Under the pieces are notes generated by a model. The model was not told the origin of the DNA. It made no database searches and was given only the letters and a program-made list of their open reading frames with translations. Positions 12,245 through 23,765 of a stretch of DNA of 40,883 nucleotides are shown here, piece after piece. Each line of letters starts with the position of its first letter. Position 1 is the first letter of the stretch. The DNA lies in contig ADNK01001031.1 in the NCBI GenBank assembly GCA_000320545.1, forward strand, positions 1-40,883, in the 5' to 3' direction. Made by a program: the position numbers and the translations under genes. The DNA comes from Bigelowiella natans CCMP2755. Its lineage: Eukaryota > Protista > Cercozoa.

Positions 12245-13715
12245 AATATATTTAATACTTTGGCACAACCGCAGATCACGATATCAGCGGCTGCTAAAGC
12301 GCGCGCAAGTCGTGGAAGACGATAGGACAAAGTGCGTGCGGAGGCGCCATGCGCATTAAACTGCTTTCATTCCCATATCCTAGGAAGATATTAAATATAA
12401 CGTATATCAATGCATTGGTAGTAGCAAATATGCGTTGTGAGTGAGCGGCATGTTATCATCGGAATATTGGCGAGGGGGTGTTATGAGATGGTTCAATGAC
12501 ATTGATGTTCCTTCCTTGTGCAGGCTATACAACGAGGACAGTCCCGCAGATTCGGGTAGTAGCTCTGACTCCATCTACACGTTTGCTTATGTCGATATGT
12601 ATGTGTGCGCTTTCGGGGGAGTAGGAGCGATGCCCGCGCACGGACGCGTGTACGCGTGTACGCGTGTACGCATGTAGGCACATTCGAAGAGAAAGGTGCT
12701 CGATGACCTCATCTTTGGCCTCTTCTTGCCTCCTTTATCACCCACACACAGTTGAGATCTGGCCATGCGTGCACTGTGTGAAGGTCTTCGATTCCCAGGA
12801 TGATTACAAAAGGTGGTGGGTGCTTGTGCGTGTGCGTGTACGTGCAGCAGCGATGATCAACCCTGTGTGCATCATCGAATCATATAATCAGCCACGTGGA
12901 CGAGTGCAAGAGGAGGGCGGAGCTCCGAGAGGAGCAGAGTAATGATGAGAGAAGATGGAGAGCTGGCCTCGACGCCTTTGTCATCTGCAACTTTCATATG
13001 TTCAGAAATATGCACCAAGTTGAAGTATAAAGCATCTCGCCCACATGACACGACTCCCTCTCTTGACCCCCCCCCCCTCCCCCCCCCACACCCATCCTTG
13101 CTTCGCCCCCATCCAGGGGAGGAAGCCGAAAAGGCCGCGGAGGAGGAGCGAGCGGCGGTGAAATACAGGTGTACTCGGTGTCCGCACGACGAGAAGCGAT
13201 ACGATAATTTGAAAGACCTCGCGGCACACCAGGCCAAGGTCATGCTGCATCATATGTATATGGTTAATTGTGTGTGTGCGCACACGTCGCTCTCCCTCTC
13301 TCTCTCTCTCTCTGTATGTGTGTGTGTGTGTGTAATTTTTGTTACATTGTGCCAATCTACCATCAGATGCACCGCGCGGAGATTGCCGAGGAGCGGGAGC
13401 GCTCGCTCAACGAGAAGCGTTATCTGGAAGAGGCGCAGCTGCGCATTGCGATCCAGGTGAATATGAATGCAAAACAAATTAAGGGGTGGACAGATCTCGG
13501 GGGCATGATGCTAATAATTTAACGTGTTTGCATGGTTATCGTGCGGGACCGATCGGGGCTTCCTTACAAGGGAAAAGGGAAAAAGCACACTACTTTTTCC
13601 ATCGCTTGATTATTGTTGTTACATATACGGAAAATAAAGAATATGATCACTATTCGCACCAATTCATCAGGAGGAGAGACGGGCTGAAGAGCAGTTTCCA
13701 GGGCTTTACACGTAG
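8548..13715 (+). CDS. Multi-exon protein with an N-terminal PDZ-like domain and several C2H2/C2HC-type zinc fingers (start approximate)
   Basis: Exons at ~8925-9600 splice to IM|GMSYGARGQIIYVSDGSQ|AEQQGVQPGWIIIE|INGEQVFGMNDITFRLRKL..VQIAFR (PDZ-like). Later exons give CEICGQWFKSRKDF|RTHTMLH, CTHCNLR, CVHCVKVFDSQDDYKR|HVDEC and CTRCPHDEKRYDNLKDLAAHQAK|MH. The last exon reads EERRAEEQFPGLYT* (13671-13715). Could be two genes. Confidence 0.65.
9309..9370. repeat. (CTTT)n(CT)n intronic microsatellite, representative of dozens in the window
   Basis: Directly visible. Similar (CA)n, (TA)n, (GA)n, (CAT)n and (CCT)n tracts occur in most introns. Confidence 0.95.
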
Positions 13716-13770
13716 CACTTGTCGCGGCCACGTTGCATTCTAATGATGATTTACGTTACTTCTTGTATTA

Positions 13771-14862
13771 AAGCTCAAAACAATGAATGATCATCCATCA
13801 TTGCACCACACAGCATGCACGACACCATTTCTTGTTTCTTGAGTGAAACACGGCGGCGCGCGAAAGAATCACGTCCATGCCTGTGAATGTTCAGGAATTG
13901 GAGTCATGATGAGAATGAACCAATCGACTGCGCTTGTGGCAAGCTTCCAGCGCTCATTCGGTCATTGTTGATCATGCCACGTCTAGTGCTTTGCTGCAGA
14001 TGGACAATGATGCGACGATGTGCAAACAACGATCGACGGCGACTGAATGAATTGGAAGCGTGCTAGCGCGCAATGATGCGCGTGCTTCACGCCACACGTG
14101 CCGCCACAGACGCACCAACGCATGCACGTCTGCGCCGCCGTGTTGGCACCACACATGCATGCCCCACGTTTCATTTCCCTGCCATCGGCAGGGGCCAAAA
14201 TTGCGAAAATGCGCAAGGCTCATGATCAATGGCTCCACTGAATGAATGAACAAATGAACATGATGATGGACCACATGCATCTCCAAAATGTTGTGAGACA
14301 TTTGCAAAGTGCAAAACGCAGTGCACTGAACAAACCGCAAGACAGCTCGCTCTGTTGTGGCCTTTCAAGAACAAGAACAATGATGATGAACTTCATTTCC
14401 AAAAGCGTTGCAAGACGTTTGCAGTGTGCGAAATGCAGTGCCTCGATCGAACTGGCTTCAGTGAGGACTGCAACTAGCAAACTGGCTTCAGTGGGAACTT
14501 GACTAGCAAACTAGCAGGTGTTTTCAGGAGCTTGGGATGATCTAGCCATGTGGTTGTGAGACAAAACCGCTAGCAGCAATGTGACGATGGCGCAAGGCAT
14601 CCACTCTGAGCAGGAACTTCCTGAACGCAATGTCCACACGACGATCCACGTTTGGATCATCCGTCAAAGGAGCACCCAGCAAAACTTTGGTTTTGATGGA
14701 GTCTGGAGCCTCAAAGAATGAAGAACAGGCAGGAGAGGCTGGGCCCAGAGCTGCTCTCATGCGCGAGAACAGTTTGTTTCTCGCAGCATTCAAGTGAGTG
14801 CAATGATGGATGATTTCCATGACGGGCCAATTCCATGACGGCCTTTCCGGTCTTTCCTTGCA
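13771..14862. other. TpA-erased block: TA occurs only within CTAG
   Basis: Manual scan of 1092 bp found 7 TA dinucleotides, all in CTAG (starts near 13983, 14063, 14474, 14503, 14511, 14542, 14570). Confidence 0.9.
14451..14843 (-). mobile_element. Probable 5'-truncated, degenerate non-LTR retrotransposon (LINE) 3' end
   Basis: ORF 14542-14820 (EIIHHCTHLNAARNKLF...KTKVLLG...VDIAFRKFL) resembles the post-CCHC C-terminus of LINE ORF2 (H..hhC..Y...R...LLG). A ~30-bp tandem duplication (ACTGGCTTCAGTG..ACTAGCAA x2, 14451-14510) lies downstream, and a TTCCATGACGG direct repeat (14815-14825, 14831-14841) sits at the 5' junction. No RT domain is present. Confidence 0.5.
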
Positions 14863-15046
14863 TATTGCAGGGCATTTCTGTAGAATATTTATCGAAATAC
14901 CCTTTCACATACAAGCAACGGCGTGATGTCGTTACATCATAAACCGCCTTTATTTTGGTCTGATTTCACTCGTAAAAGCCCCCTTCCAAACTCCGGTCTG
15001 CGCTGGGACGTTGAATGGCCGTACACCTCCTCCTCCTCTGCAAACG

Positions 15047-15694
15047 ATGAGCCACAAGCTAAGATCTGTCGTGCCGAGGGCAAAGAGGATTAGGGATCGC
15101 ATCCACAGCCGTATTCCACGAGCCTGGCACCTTTTTAATGCGGACAAGAAAACTGTAGGGCGTTTGGCTGGCGCGGTTGCTCACCTGCTTCAAGGAAAGC
15201 ACAAGCCTGTGTACACGGGGTCGAGGGACGTTGGCGATTTCGTCGTCATCGTCAACGCCGAGCACGTGGAATTCAAGGGCAAGAGCAAATGGAAGAAGAA
15301 GGTTTATCGCCACCACACTGGCTACCCTGGCGGGCTGAAAGAGTACCCCGCCAAGCTCATCAGGGCCACCAAACCTGAGCGCATTCTGGAGCGAGCTGTA
15401 GCAGGGATGCTACCGAAGACACAGCTCCGCAAGAAGCAGATGTCCAGGCTAAAAGTATACGCGGGTGACATCCACCCGCACGATCGCCAAATCCAGCAGA
15501 TCCCGGAAGAGGATTTCCACCAGGAAGATTTCATGTCTCATATGCAGGCCACAGTGGTCGACACGTACTGGGAGAACTTCCCTAACTTTGATGAGCTGTT
15601 GTACAAAAATGATGAGGATTCCCCCGAGGGACCACAATATCAGCAAGCGGACCTCGAGGACGCTGAGGAGATTATCACAGGGAAGAATAAATAG
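15047..15694 (+). CDS. MRPL13: Bacterial-type ribosomal protein uL13 (probably mitochondrial), intronless, acidic C-terminal extension
   Basis: WHLFNADKKTVGRLA, LQGKHKPVY, DVGDFVVIVNAE, YRHHTGYPGGLKE, ILERAVAGMLPK and RLKVYAGDIHPH. The N-terminus is short and basic with no signal peptide. The first ATG is at 15047. Confidence 0.92.
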   Translation: MSHKLRSVVPRAKRIRDRIHSRIPRAWHLFNADKKTVGRLAGAVAHLLQGKHKPVYTGSRDVGDFVVIVNAEHVEFKGKSKWKKKVYRHHTGYPGGLKEYPAKLIRATKPERILERAVAGMLPKTQLRKKQMSRLKVYAGDIHPHDRQIQQIPEEDFHQEDFMSHMQATVVDTYWENFPNFDELLYKNDEDSPEGPQYQQADLEDAEEIITGKNK

Positions 15695-15948
15695 AGTAGT
15701 TGAAGGGCCAGTGCTGGCCTTCTGTGTCGATTGCCTTTACCTTTTTCCTCCACAGAAAAACGGTACAGCATGGTGTGCTCCCCAACTACTAAGTTCCACC
15801 AATTCATTACATGTTCCCTTGCAATCGATGTTGCTGTTTATCTATCGCACGTCTATGACATATGGCCACGTGAAAATAAATTTAATCATGCTATGCGTTG
15901 TAAATCCGCTTTAAGCTCCTTCTAAAAGTTACGCATTCAGCTATTCTT

Positions 15949-15997
<49 letters not shown>

Positions 15998-16493
15998 AAT
16001 ACAAATAGTAATTTGCCAAGCAGCTTTGCTGTGCAGAAGGTATACAGGTACGACATTATCAAGACTTTGTACTAATACGTAACTAGGTAAGCGTGGCAAT
16101 GCTAGAATGCATCCAATGATGGGCTGACTCATATCGTGTCACTAAGTCGCTAGCTAGCACAATCTACTACTGTATGCAATACATGTATCGTTGCCTTCCA
16201 AATCTAACGCTTGCATCTCGTCTAGACATGCACACTAGCACAGATGCGCGCGCGCGTGCATTGTTGTGTACGCGTGCTAGCTGTGCATGGCATGCGATGC
16301 GATGTGAACGCTGCGGATGTCGACGTTGCGCACTGCGATGCTAGCTAGTAGATCAATGACCATTGATCGGACTTTGTACTGGTGCAAATACAGAAGTCAC
16401 TTCGCAAACGAGTCGATCACTTGAAAGATCGCACGGCGCAACAAGCAGCTCAGCCACGGTATCTCTAGATCTGCCTTATGATGTCGATTCTGC

Positions 16494-17213
16494 TCATTCT
16501 TCTTTGTCCTTTGATCGCCGTAGAGTGGAACAATATCGGAAGTAAACTATTCCTAGTATTAAGATGTTGTCATATTAGTACGCACGACTACGCACGATGC
16601 ACATCTCTCAAAATTTCGATACAAACACACACACACACACACACACACACATCGTACTGCTTTCCTTTTTGGGTGTACGAGGTTGATGATACCCGCAACG
16701 AGCAAGACCACAGCGCCCACCAAAGCAACCACAACAACAAACGTCGCCAGGTCCATCCCCAGCCTGCGATTTGCGATGACGTTCCAGCGTGAGGAATTCG
16801 TGGTAATAATAATTATTACTATCATAATTAAAAATATTATGATACTGCTGCGTAATATCTGCATCGAGAGTATTCGTCTTCATTCACGTGCTAATTAGCT
16901 TCACATTTTGGAAAAGAAAGGTGAACATCTCCTGGTCGATAAGGCCCTGCGGATACGCCGCTGGGGTCATCGAGTGACCGGGCATGATATCATCGTTGCA
17001 GTGGTAGTTGACGATTCTTCAGACCTTCGTTGGCGATGCAAGGCTAGCCAGTCAGTTTCTGACACACTTGAGCAAGTCGTCGAGGAAAGAACCTAGGAAT
17101 GTTTTCCAGATGAGTGGGCGGTCGATTCCTCTTTCTCGGAAAGCTCGCAGGCGGACGCGAATCCATTGCATAGAGTTCAGGTGTATTGCGTCGATATAGG
17201 TATGATGAAAAGG

Positions 17214-17257
<44 letters not shown>

Positions 17258-18549
17258 CCTCCCTTCCCCCCCTCCCCCAAAACAGCCGAATTTGGGATGC
17301 GCCCCGCCGACGAAAATACTGATGTTTTTAGTCCCGCGACACTGGCAAATAGCCGCGTTGCGGAAGCTGAAATCGTCGGCCGGTGAAATTTATTTCCCGC
17401 AATGCTTTGCTGCTCCGCTTGGAGAGGAAACGATAGTGATGGTAGTACCACTGAGGCGTTTTGATCATAAACTCGGAGCGACACACTTGCGAGGTGCTCG
17501 CCACAGGAACTTGATGACGCGAGAGCACGCAGCGACTGAAGGACGTGGTTTTGCGTTTGGTTGAGACATCGTTGCAATGATACATCGTGGAAACAGGGAT
17601 ATGCATTGCATCGTGTGCACTTGCTAAGTACAGTCTTGTTGTTTTTGAGAACGAGCAAGCTACGTATACACATAGATACACTTTTTTATAAAGCAATATC
17701 TACAATATCTGTCACCGTTTCAGCGTCGTCGTCGTCGTCGTCACCACCCCCTTCTTCATTCGCATCACCACTCTCCTCCCGGCCGTCACCACCCTTCGGC
17801 CAGTAGAATTCCATCGCTCCAAAATTGAGCCCCGTAGAGAAATTATCCTTGCAGCACATCATACCATCCCACAGCCCACACATTCATACGTCATGTGTGG
17901 AAGATTCCATACGCACACACACACACCCGGGGGGGGGGGGGGGGTTGTAATAATACCGTGGCGTTGGGACGGTGAGAATGAAAACGCTTGATCACCTGAC
18001 CGATTGCCCATCCTTGACGATTACAAGTAACAAGCGTCAGAAGAAGAAGAAGAAATAGAAGGAGAACAGGATATTGATTAAGACAAAGAATGAGCCGAGA
18101 AACAGTGCGAAGGCAACCCAACGCAAGCAGGAGCGCAGCTATCTCGACGGTCACGACTTGCCAACAACAGCAGCAGCAGCAGCAACAACAACAACAACTA
18201 GCAGAAAAAGAAGAAGAAGGAGGTCAATTCACCTATAAACGGAGTCTTGCGCGCGAAGTGAGTCATTCCGCTGCTTGTCACCTGCCAATGAACAGGTCAC
18301 CACGGGATCTCATTATAAAAATAGCACAACAACAACCGCAACAACGACGACGCCGCGGTGATAGTAGCAGTAGTATTAGTAGCAGCAGTAGTAGTTTTAT
18401 CCTGAGAAAAATGCACCTAAGAAACTACACGAACCTACTACCTCGACTACGTCCTGTGGCGATGTTCCTGAGAGGCGGAGAAACCCATCATTTCCACCGA
18501 ACAGCAGAGGCAGCAGCACAAGGAGAGGAATCAGCGTCACGACGGCGCC

Positions 18550-18591
<42 letters not shown>

Positions 18592-19535
18592 CAGAGAGGG
18601 GGAGAGAGAGAGAGATAAAGCCCTTGTGATGTGTGTGTGCTCTCATATGGCCATCGTTTGTCCAGAAACTCAACCCCCTCCAACCCCCCCTTTAATTTGT
18701 TCTCGGCGCGTGTTGCATGAAGATAGAGACGTTATGAAGCAGGGGAGGGGTGGTGGAGAAGAAGAAGCTAGCACGTGCATCATATATGACGAGGGATGTA
18801 AACTCTCAAGCATGCTAATACACAGTATATATGCGAGAGAGCCACCGAAGAAAGGGCAGGAGCAGCATATTCACGACCTGCAATAAGTTCCGCAAAGTGC
18901 ACGTCTCCGGATATGAACACCACGCCTGTTGTGCAAATACATGATGGGAGGGAGGGTCTTATGAGACAATGCCATTTAATCACCGTCGCTCGTGTATATA
19001 TATATATATATATATATATAAATACATTAAAAATACATATATCTCACATCCTATGGAATCGTCCAGCCCGATTCCTCCCCCCCCCCCCCCCCCCAAAACA
19101 AGTCTCTTGATTCACCACAAACAACTTATCTAACATCCCACATGTCACAACACACACCTACACACCTATACACACACATACACACACTCTGTTTTACCTT
19201 TTGGCTTGCTTTGCTGCAGAAGCGTAGCAAGCCGTTTCCTGAGGGGAGGAGAAGGGGGAGGAGAAAGAGGAGGAAGAGGAGGAGGAGGAGGAGCATACGC
19301 ACAGCACAAGAGGGATGGCGATTGGATGGAGATGCGTAAGCTAGCATTTGGGGCCGCAATGACCGCCATTTTCTTCTTCCCGAACGAGCGGTGAATCGTT
19401 GGAAATGATGATGGTGATGATGATGATGACGACGACGACGATGGTGGTGGTGGTGGTGATGATGATGATGATGGTTGCTACCTAGCTGATGGGAAGTGCC
19501 CCCATGACTCGACGAAAGGATTTGAAGTCCAAACC

Positions 19536-19567
<32 letters not shown>

Positions 19568-20501
19568 GTGGTGGTGGCGATTATGAATGATGCAGCGACT
19601 TGCCTGGATACTGGACACGATGATATGGAAGGACGCCTACCAGATATGAAATGATGACGATAATGATGCACGATGATGATAAGAACGAGAATATAAAGCA
19701 AAGCTGTCCGTCATAAAGCAACATCGATCTATGGGTGCGAACAAAAGGAATGGCTTGAATGAGCTGGACCTTTAGTCTCAAACACATTGCTATCATCATT
19801 CATCATATTGCTAGCATAAACTTCCTCCCCCAAACACCCTACATCGGAATGTTCCAGCTGGTTCTCAAGCCAGCGCCATTGCTCCTCCCCAAGAATATCT
19901 TTGCCTTCCTAGGGGGGGGGGGCGGATAAAATTAGCTGCCTGGGGTCGGTAGGAGTCACTCGCGCATGCTGTTATTGCAGCAATACAAGTCGGTGACTGT
20001 TGCGTCTCATCATCGGCGTCACAGGCAGCAGGACGTGTATATTCGCCTTCTTGGAATATATCGACGTCATTGGTGTGCACATCTTGCGGCGTCTCCCCCT
20101 CTTCCTCCTCCTCCTCCTCCTCCATTGCCTTCGAGTTCCGCTCACCTGGGGGATCGCTCCGAAGACCTTGGCGAAAACCGCACTGCCGCTCGCGGAGAGT
20201 AGGCGGAGAAGCGTGTTGATCGGGCCGAACCTGGAAGGCATCAAGCATAGCGCGTATGGGCCCATGCATGCATGTTGTCGGAGACGCGATGTTCGCGATG
20301 ACATGGTTGAATCGCCGACCGCTGCGGCAATGGAAAATGGGAAAATACGCATCCGTGCAAGCGGTAGAGCGAGAGGTATACACCGAGAGACTCGGTCTTC
20401 ATACAATCAAGGTGCAAACGTATTCGCAAATGATTACACATACCAACGCACACAACACACGCACACACAACACACGTACACACACACACACACGCATACA
20501 C

Positions 20502-20543
<42 letters not shown>

Positions 20544-20739
20544 GCACGCCACACAAAAATGTCATCACGTACAGTGGAAAGCGGAAGGGTAGGCGCAGAA
20601 TCCATGATGGGAGAGTAAAAGCAAATCTGGGAGGGAGGGAGGAGGGGGGGGAGAAGAGTAACCGCATTCCGCAAATGAGAAATGCGACTCTATTAAAGAC
20701 GCTTCCTAGTCGTGCTGTCGATCTGCGTTCTATCTCGCT

Positions 20740-20775
<36 letters not shown>

Positions 20776-21297
20776 AATTACTATCGTTATGATCTCTATC
20801 ACCACCACCAGAAGGGTTGATGGTACAAACAAAACCATCATAAAATCAATCGCGTGAATCTCCTCCTCTTACTTACTCGTCTCTGTGCGTCCTGGTGTCT
20901 AGCAAGATGATCTTCACCTGCTTGCGTGTGTGAGTGTGGTGAGGGCTTGTTTGCTATACGCTCGTTCACTCTCCCCAGATCAGGACGATGTACAGTTGCA
21001 GGATTTTCAGCAAGAAGGGAGGGGCACATGACACGATATTTTTCTCAAACACGATATTTCCTACTAGCACGGGATGGCATTGGTGATGACGAGGACAATG
21101 GCGCGACGATGATGACGACGACGATGATGATGATGATAATGATGATGATCACGTGGGAGAGATGATAGTTGTGTTGTATGGATGGTAGAAGGCTGAAAAA
21201 TGGCGTTGATATATCGTGCGACCCTTTTGCTAGGGTGCTTTCCGTATGTATGTGCAGAGTAAAGCCCATCACGATGGCTGTCGAATACAAAATATAG

Positions 21298-21337
<40 letters not shown>

Positions 21338-21462
21338 TTATGCTATATTCTTTTATTTAGTGATGAGAAGGATGATGATGATGAAGGTTGTGACTATTAT
21401 TTGGGATCACTAGCGATTTCAACGTTATGCTAAAACAGAGTCGAGCGACGAGCCTTGACATC

Positions 21463-21494
<32 letters not shown>

Positions 21495-22062
21495 GTGTAA
21501 TCCTATCAGCAACCACCTGTCATTGCCCCCCCCCCTGCTCTCTCTCTCCTGCCGGAGAAAGTCATTCGCGTTCTCGATGAATTTCACAAAGGCCTGAAGG
21601 GGGAGGGGGAGGGGGGGGGGGGGGAGGAAGCTTCTTCGTTAATCGGAGAACTCGGCCAGGAAAGCCATCATCGCAACGTGGAAGGCGCTCTCTAGTGAGC
21701 GTGCAATGTATAGCCGTCCGCAGCCGGGTTCAAACCCCTCATCAGCTTTCGATCGTGACACCACTACTACCACGAGAATAACCACCTTCATGCGCTCCTC
21801 CCGGTCGGGCACATCCTGATAATAGCACACATTCTCATTTTATATGTCATCGCCATTGCCCGCCATCATCATCATCATCATCATCATTATCATCATTATC
21901 ACTATCATCATCGTCATCACCAACGTTCCCACCAAGCAACACCGCCACTACCACACCTTTCCGCCATCATTCACTCCGTAATCATGGTCGTCAATGGCCG
22001 CAATAATGGGGATTCTGATCATGAAGATTGTGAAAGAACATTTATGTATCGATTGCTATCTA

Positions 22063-22103
<41 letters not shown>

Positions 22104-22507
22104 TGTAGGTGAAAGCTCTACCCATATTGTTTACTTACTAATGTTTGATGAATTTAGCAGCAGCAGCAGTACCACCACCACCACCACCACCACCACCACT
22201 TACTACTTCTTCTCAAGGAATTTCTGGTAGTCTTCGTGGGCGTTCTGGATAGCGATAGCTTCGTGGAGCGCCTCCACATTGGATCTGTCAAACATGGAAG
22301 ATGTGAGAACAATGGGGATGGTGAGTGCTAGCATATGTATATGTGTGTGTATATATGTTATATAAAGAAGTATAAGTTTCGATTAGTAGCGTCGGCATCT
22401 CTACTGTTCTCCTCCTCCTCCTCCTCCTCCTCCTCCTCCTCCTCCTCCTACTCCTCCTCCTCCTACTCCTCCTTCTACTCCTCCTCCTCCTTGTCGTAAC
22501 ACATAGT

Positions 22508-22547
<40 letters not shown>

Positions 22548-23346
22548 CGCGAGTGTAGACGGCGTCCCCCGTCCACATGAAAAGGTCCGGCTGGTCAATT
22601 TGACAAATGTAACAGAAAGCATGCGATCATACGCGCGCGCGTGTGGGCACGCACGTGTGCGTGTGTGTGCATTTATACCATCATCGTCATCAGCATCACC
22701 ACCATCATCATCATCATCATCGTCGTCGTCGTCACCCTCCCCCCCTTACGTGCACACACCTGCATGTCCGCAATGACTTCCCACAGAGGCTGCGGCCTTT
22801 CATACCAAGCCAATTAACATGATGAGATAATAGCAGATAGTCACATTGTCACCGATGATCAATAACAAAGCACGTAACGCAAGAGAGCAGCATCATTACC
22901 TTCGAGGTTTATTGCAGGAGCCGAAAGCGACTAATCTCAGTGCCTCCCCTGAAGCTCTCCCATCACTCTCCTTTCCTTGTACAGACGAATAGTCGACGTC
23001 GATAGTCGATGCCTTCACCTGTGATTGGGAGGGGGCAGATGAGAGGGCCGAGCTGCTCTTTGTTAAATGATTGTATCTTGCCGTGTCCCCCTCCATCGCA
23101 ATTCGTGAATTAAAAAAAACCGCATTAAACATTATTTAGACATACTGCGCGCCCTTATTAATATGTCTGCGTGAAGTATTCGTGCTCCTTGATGCGCTTC
23201 CTCACCGATACGTCGCCCGTTCGAATCAGGAGGAGGAGGACGCAGAGGACCATCGTTTGGCATGGCATGAGTTTACTGCTCGCCCTTCCCAACGAAGCAT
23301 ACAACCCGTTACAACCTACAACGCGACCCAAACCCCTCCAAACCAT
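16494..23346 (-). CDS. phoD: PhoD-family alkaline phosphatase/phosphodiesterase, ~20 small exons, N-terminal hydrophobic segment and C-terminal TM helix
   Basis: Exon peptides in order: VAFGSCNKPR (~22910), PQPLWEVIADMQ, PDLFMWTGDAVY (~22570), IAAIDDHDYGVNDGGK (~21990), HRDGLYSAHTYG, VKIILLDTRTHRD (~20900), DILGEEQWRWLENQL (~19880), FHIIVSSIQ|VWTSNPFVESWGHFP, VVFISGDVHFAEL (~18900), EVTSSGMTH (~18270), GLNFGAMEF (~17820), TM LATFVVVVALVGAVVLLVA, and last exon YFRYCSTLRRSKDKEE*. The start could be 23346 or 23268. Confidence 0.88.
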
Positions 23347-23765
23347 TGCAGCGTCCCTCGACCGCGAGAGAGTCGTTCACGAAATGGCAAGGGGAGGGGG
23401 GAGCGAGATCGGGCTGAAGACGACGTCCTCTGGCGCCTCGGAAGATGAATCGAACGAAGAAGAAAGAACAGCGAGGAGAAAACAGGAAAAGGTTACGAAG
23501 ACAGAGGCCATTTCGAAGTTGCATCGATGAATTTAGCTTGTCGTCGTATCGAAAAAAGGGAAAACTCTGCTTACTCAGCGGCGAGTGCTCCCGAGGATGC
23601 GCCCGATTGGGGACGATTTTTACCCCGAAAACCTCGGGGACCGCCTGCAATTTGTCCTGACTCTGATTTAAGAGAGAAAATCAGTGGATTTTTTCTCGGC
23701 GACAAGGGATTCTGTTGTCGCGAATTAGCGGTGGATATGCGCGTCTCCCTGGCCATTCACGAACG

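Noticed and set aside
14451-14518. Repeat-spacer-like pattern (CRISPR)
   Set aside because: Only two imperfect tandem copies, eukaryotic context and no cas genes.
13771-14862. CpG methylation decay or fungal RIP as the cause of the TG/CA excess
   Set aside because: CpG is still plentiful here (e.g. CGGCGGCGCGCG), and RIP would create TA rather than remove it.
20000-20857. 285-aa ORF and many similar poly-ER/HT/I/S ORFs
   Set aside because: Translations of intronic microsatellites, antisense to PhoD.
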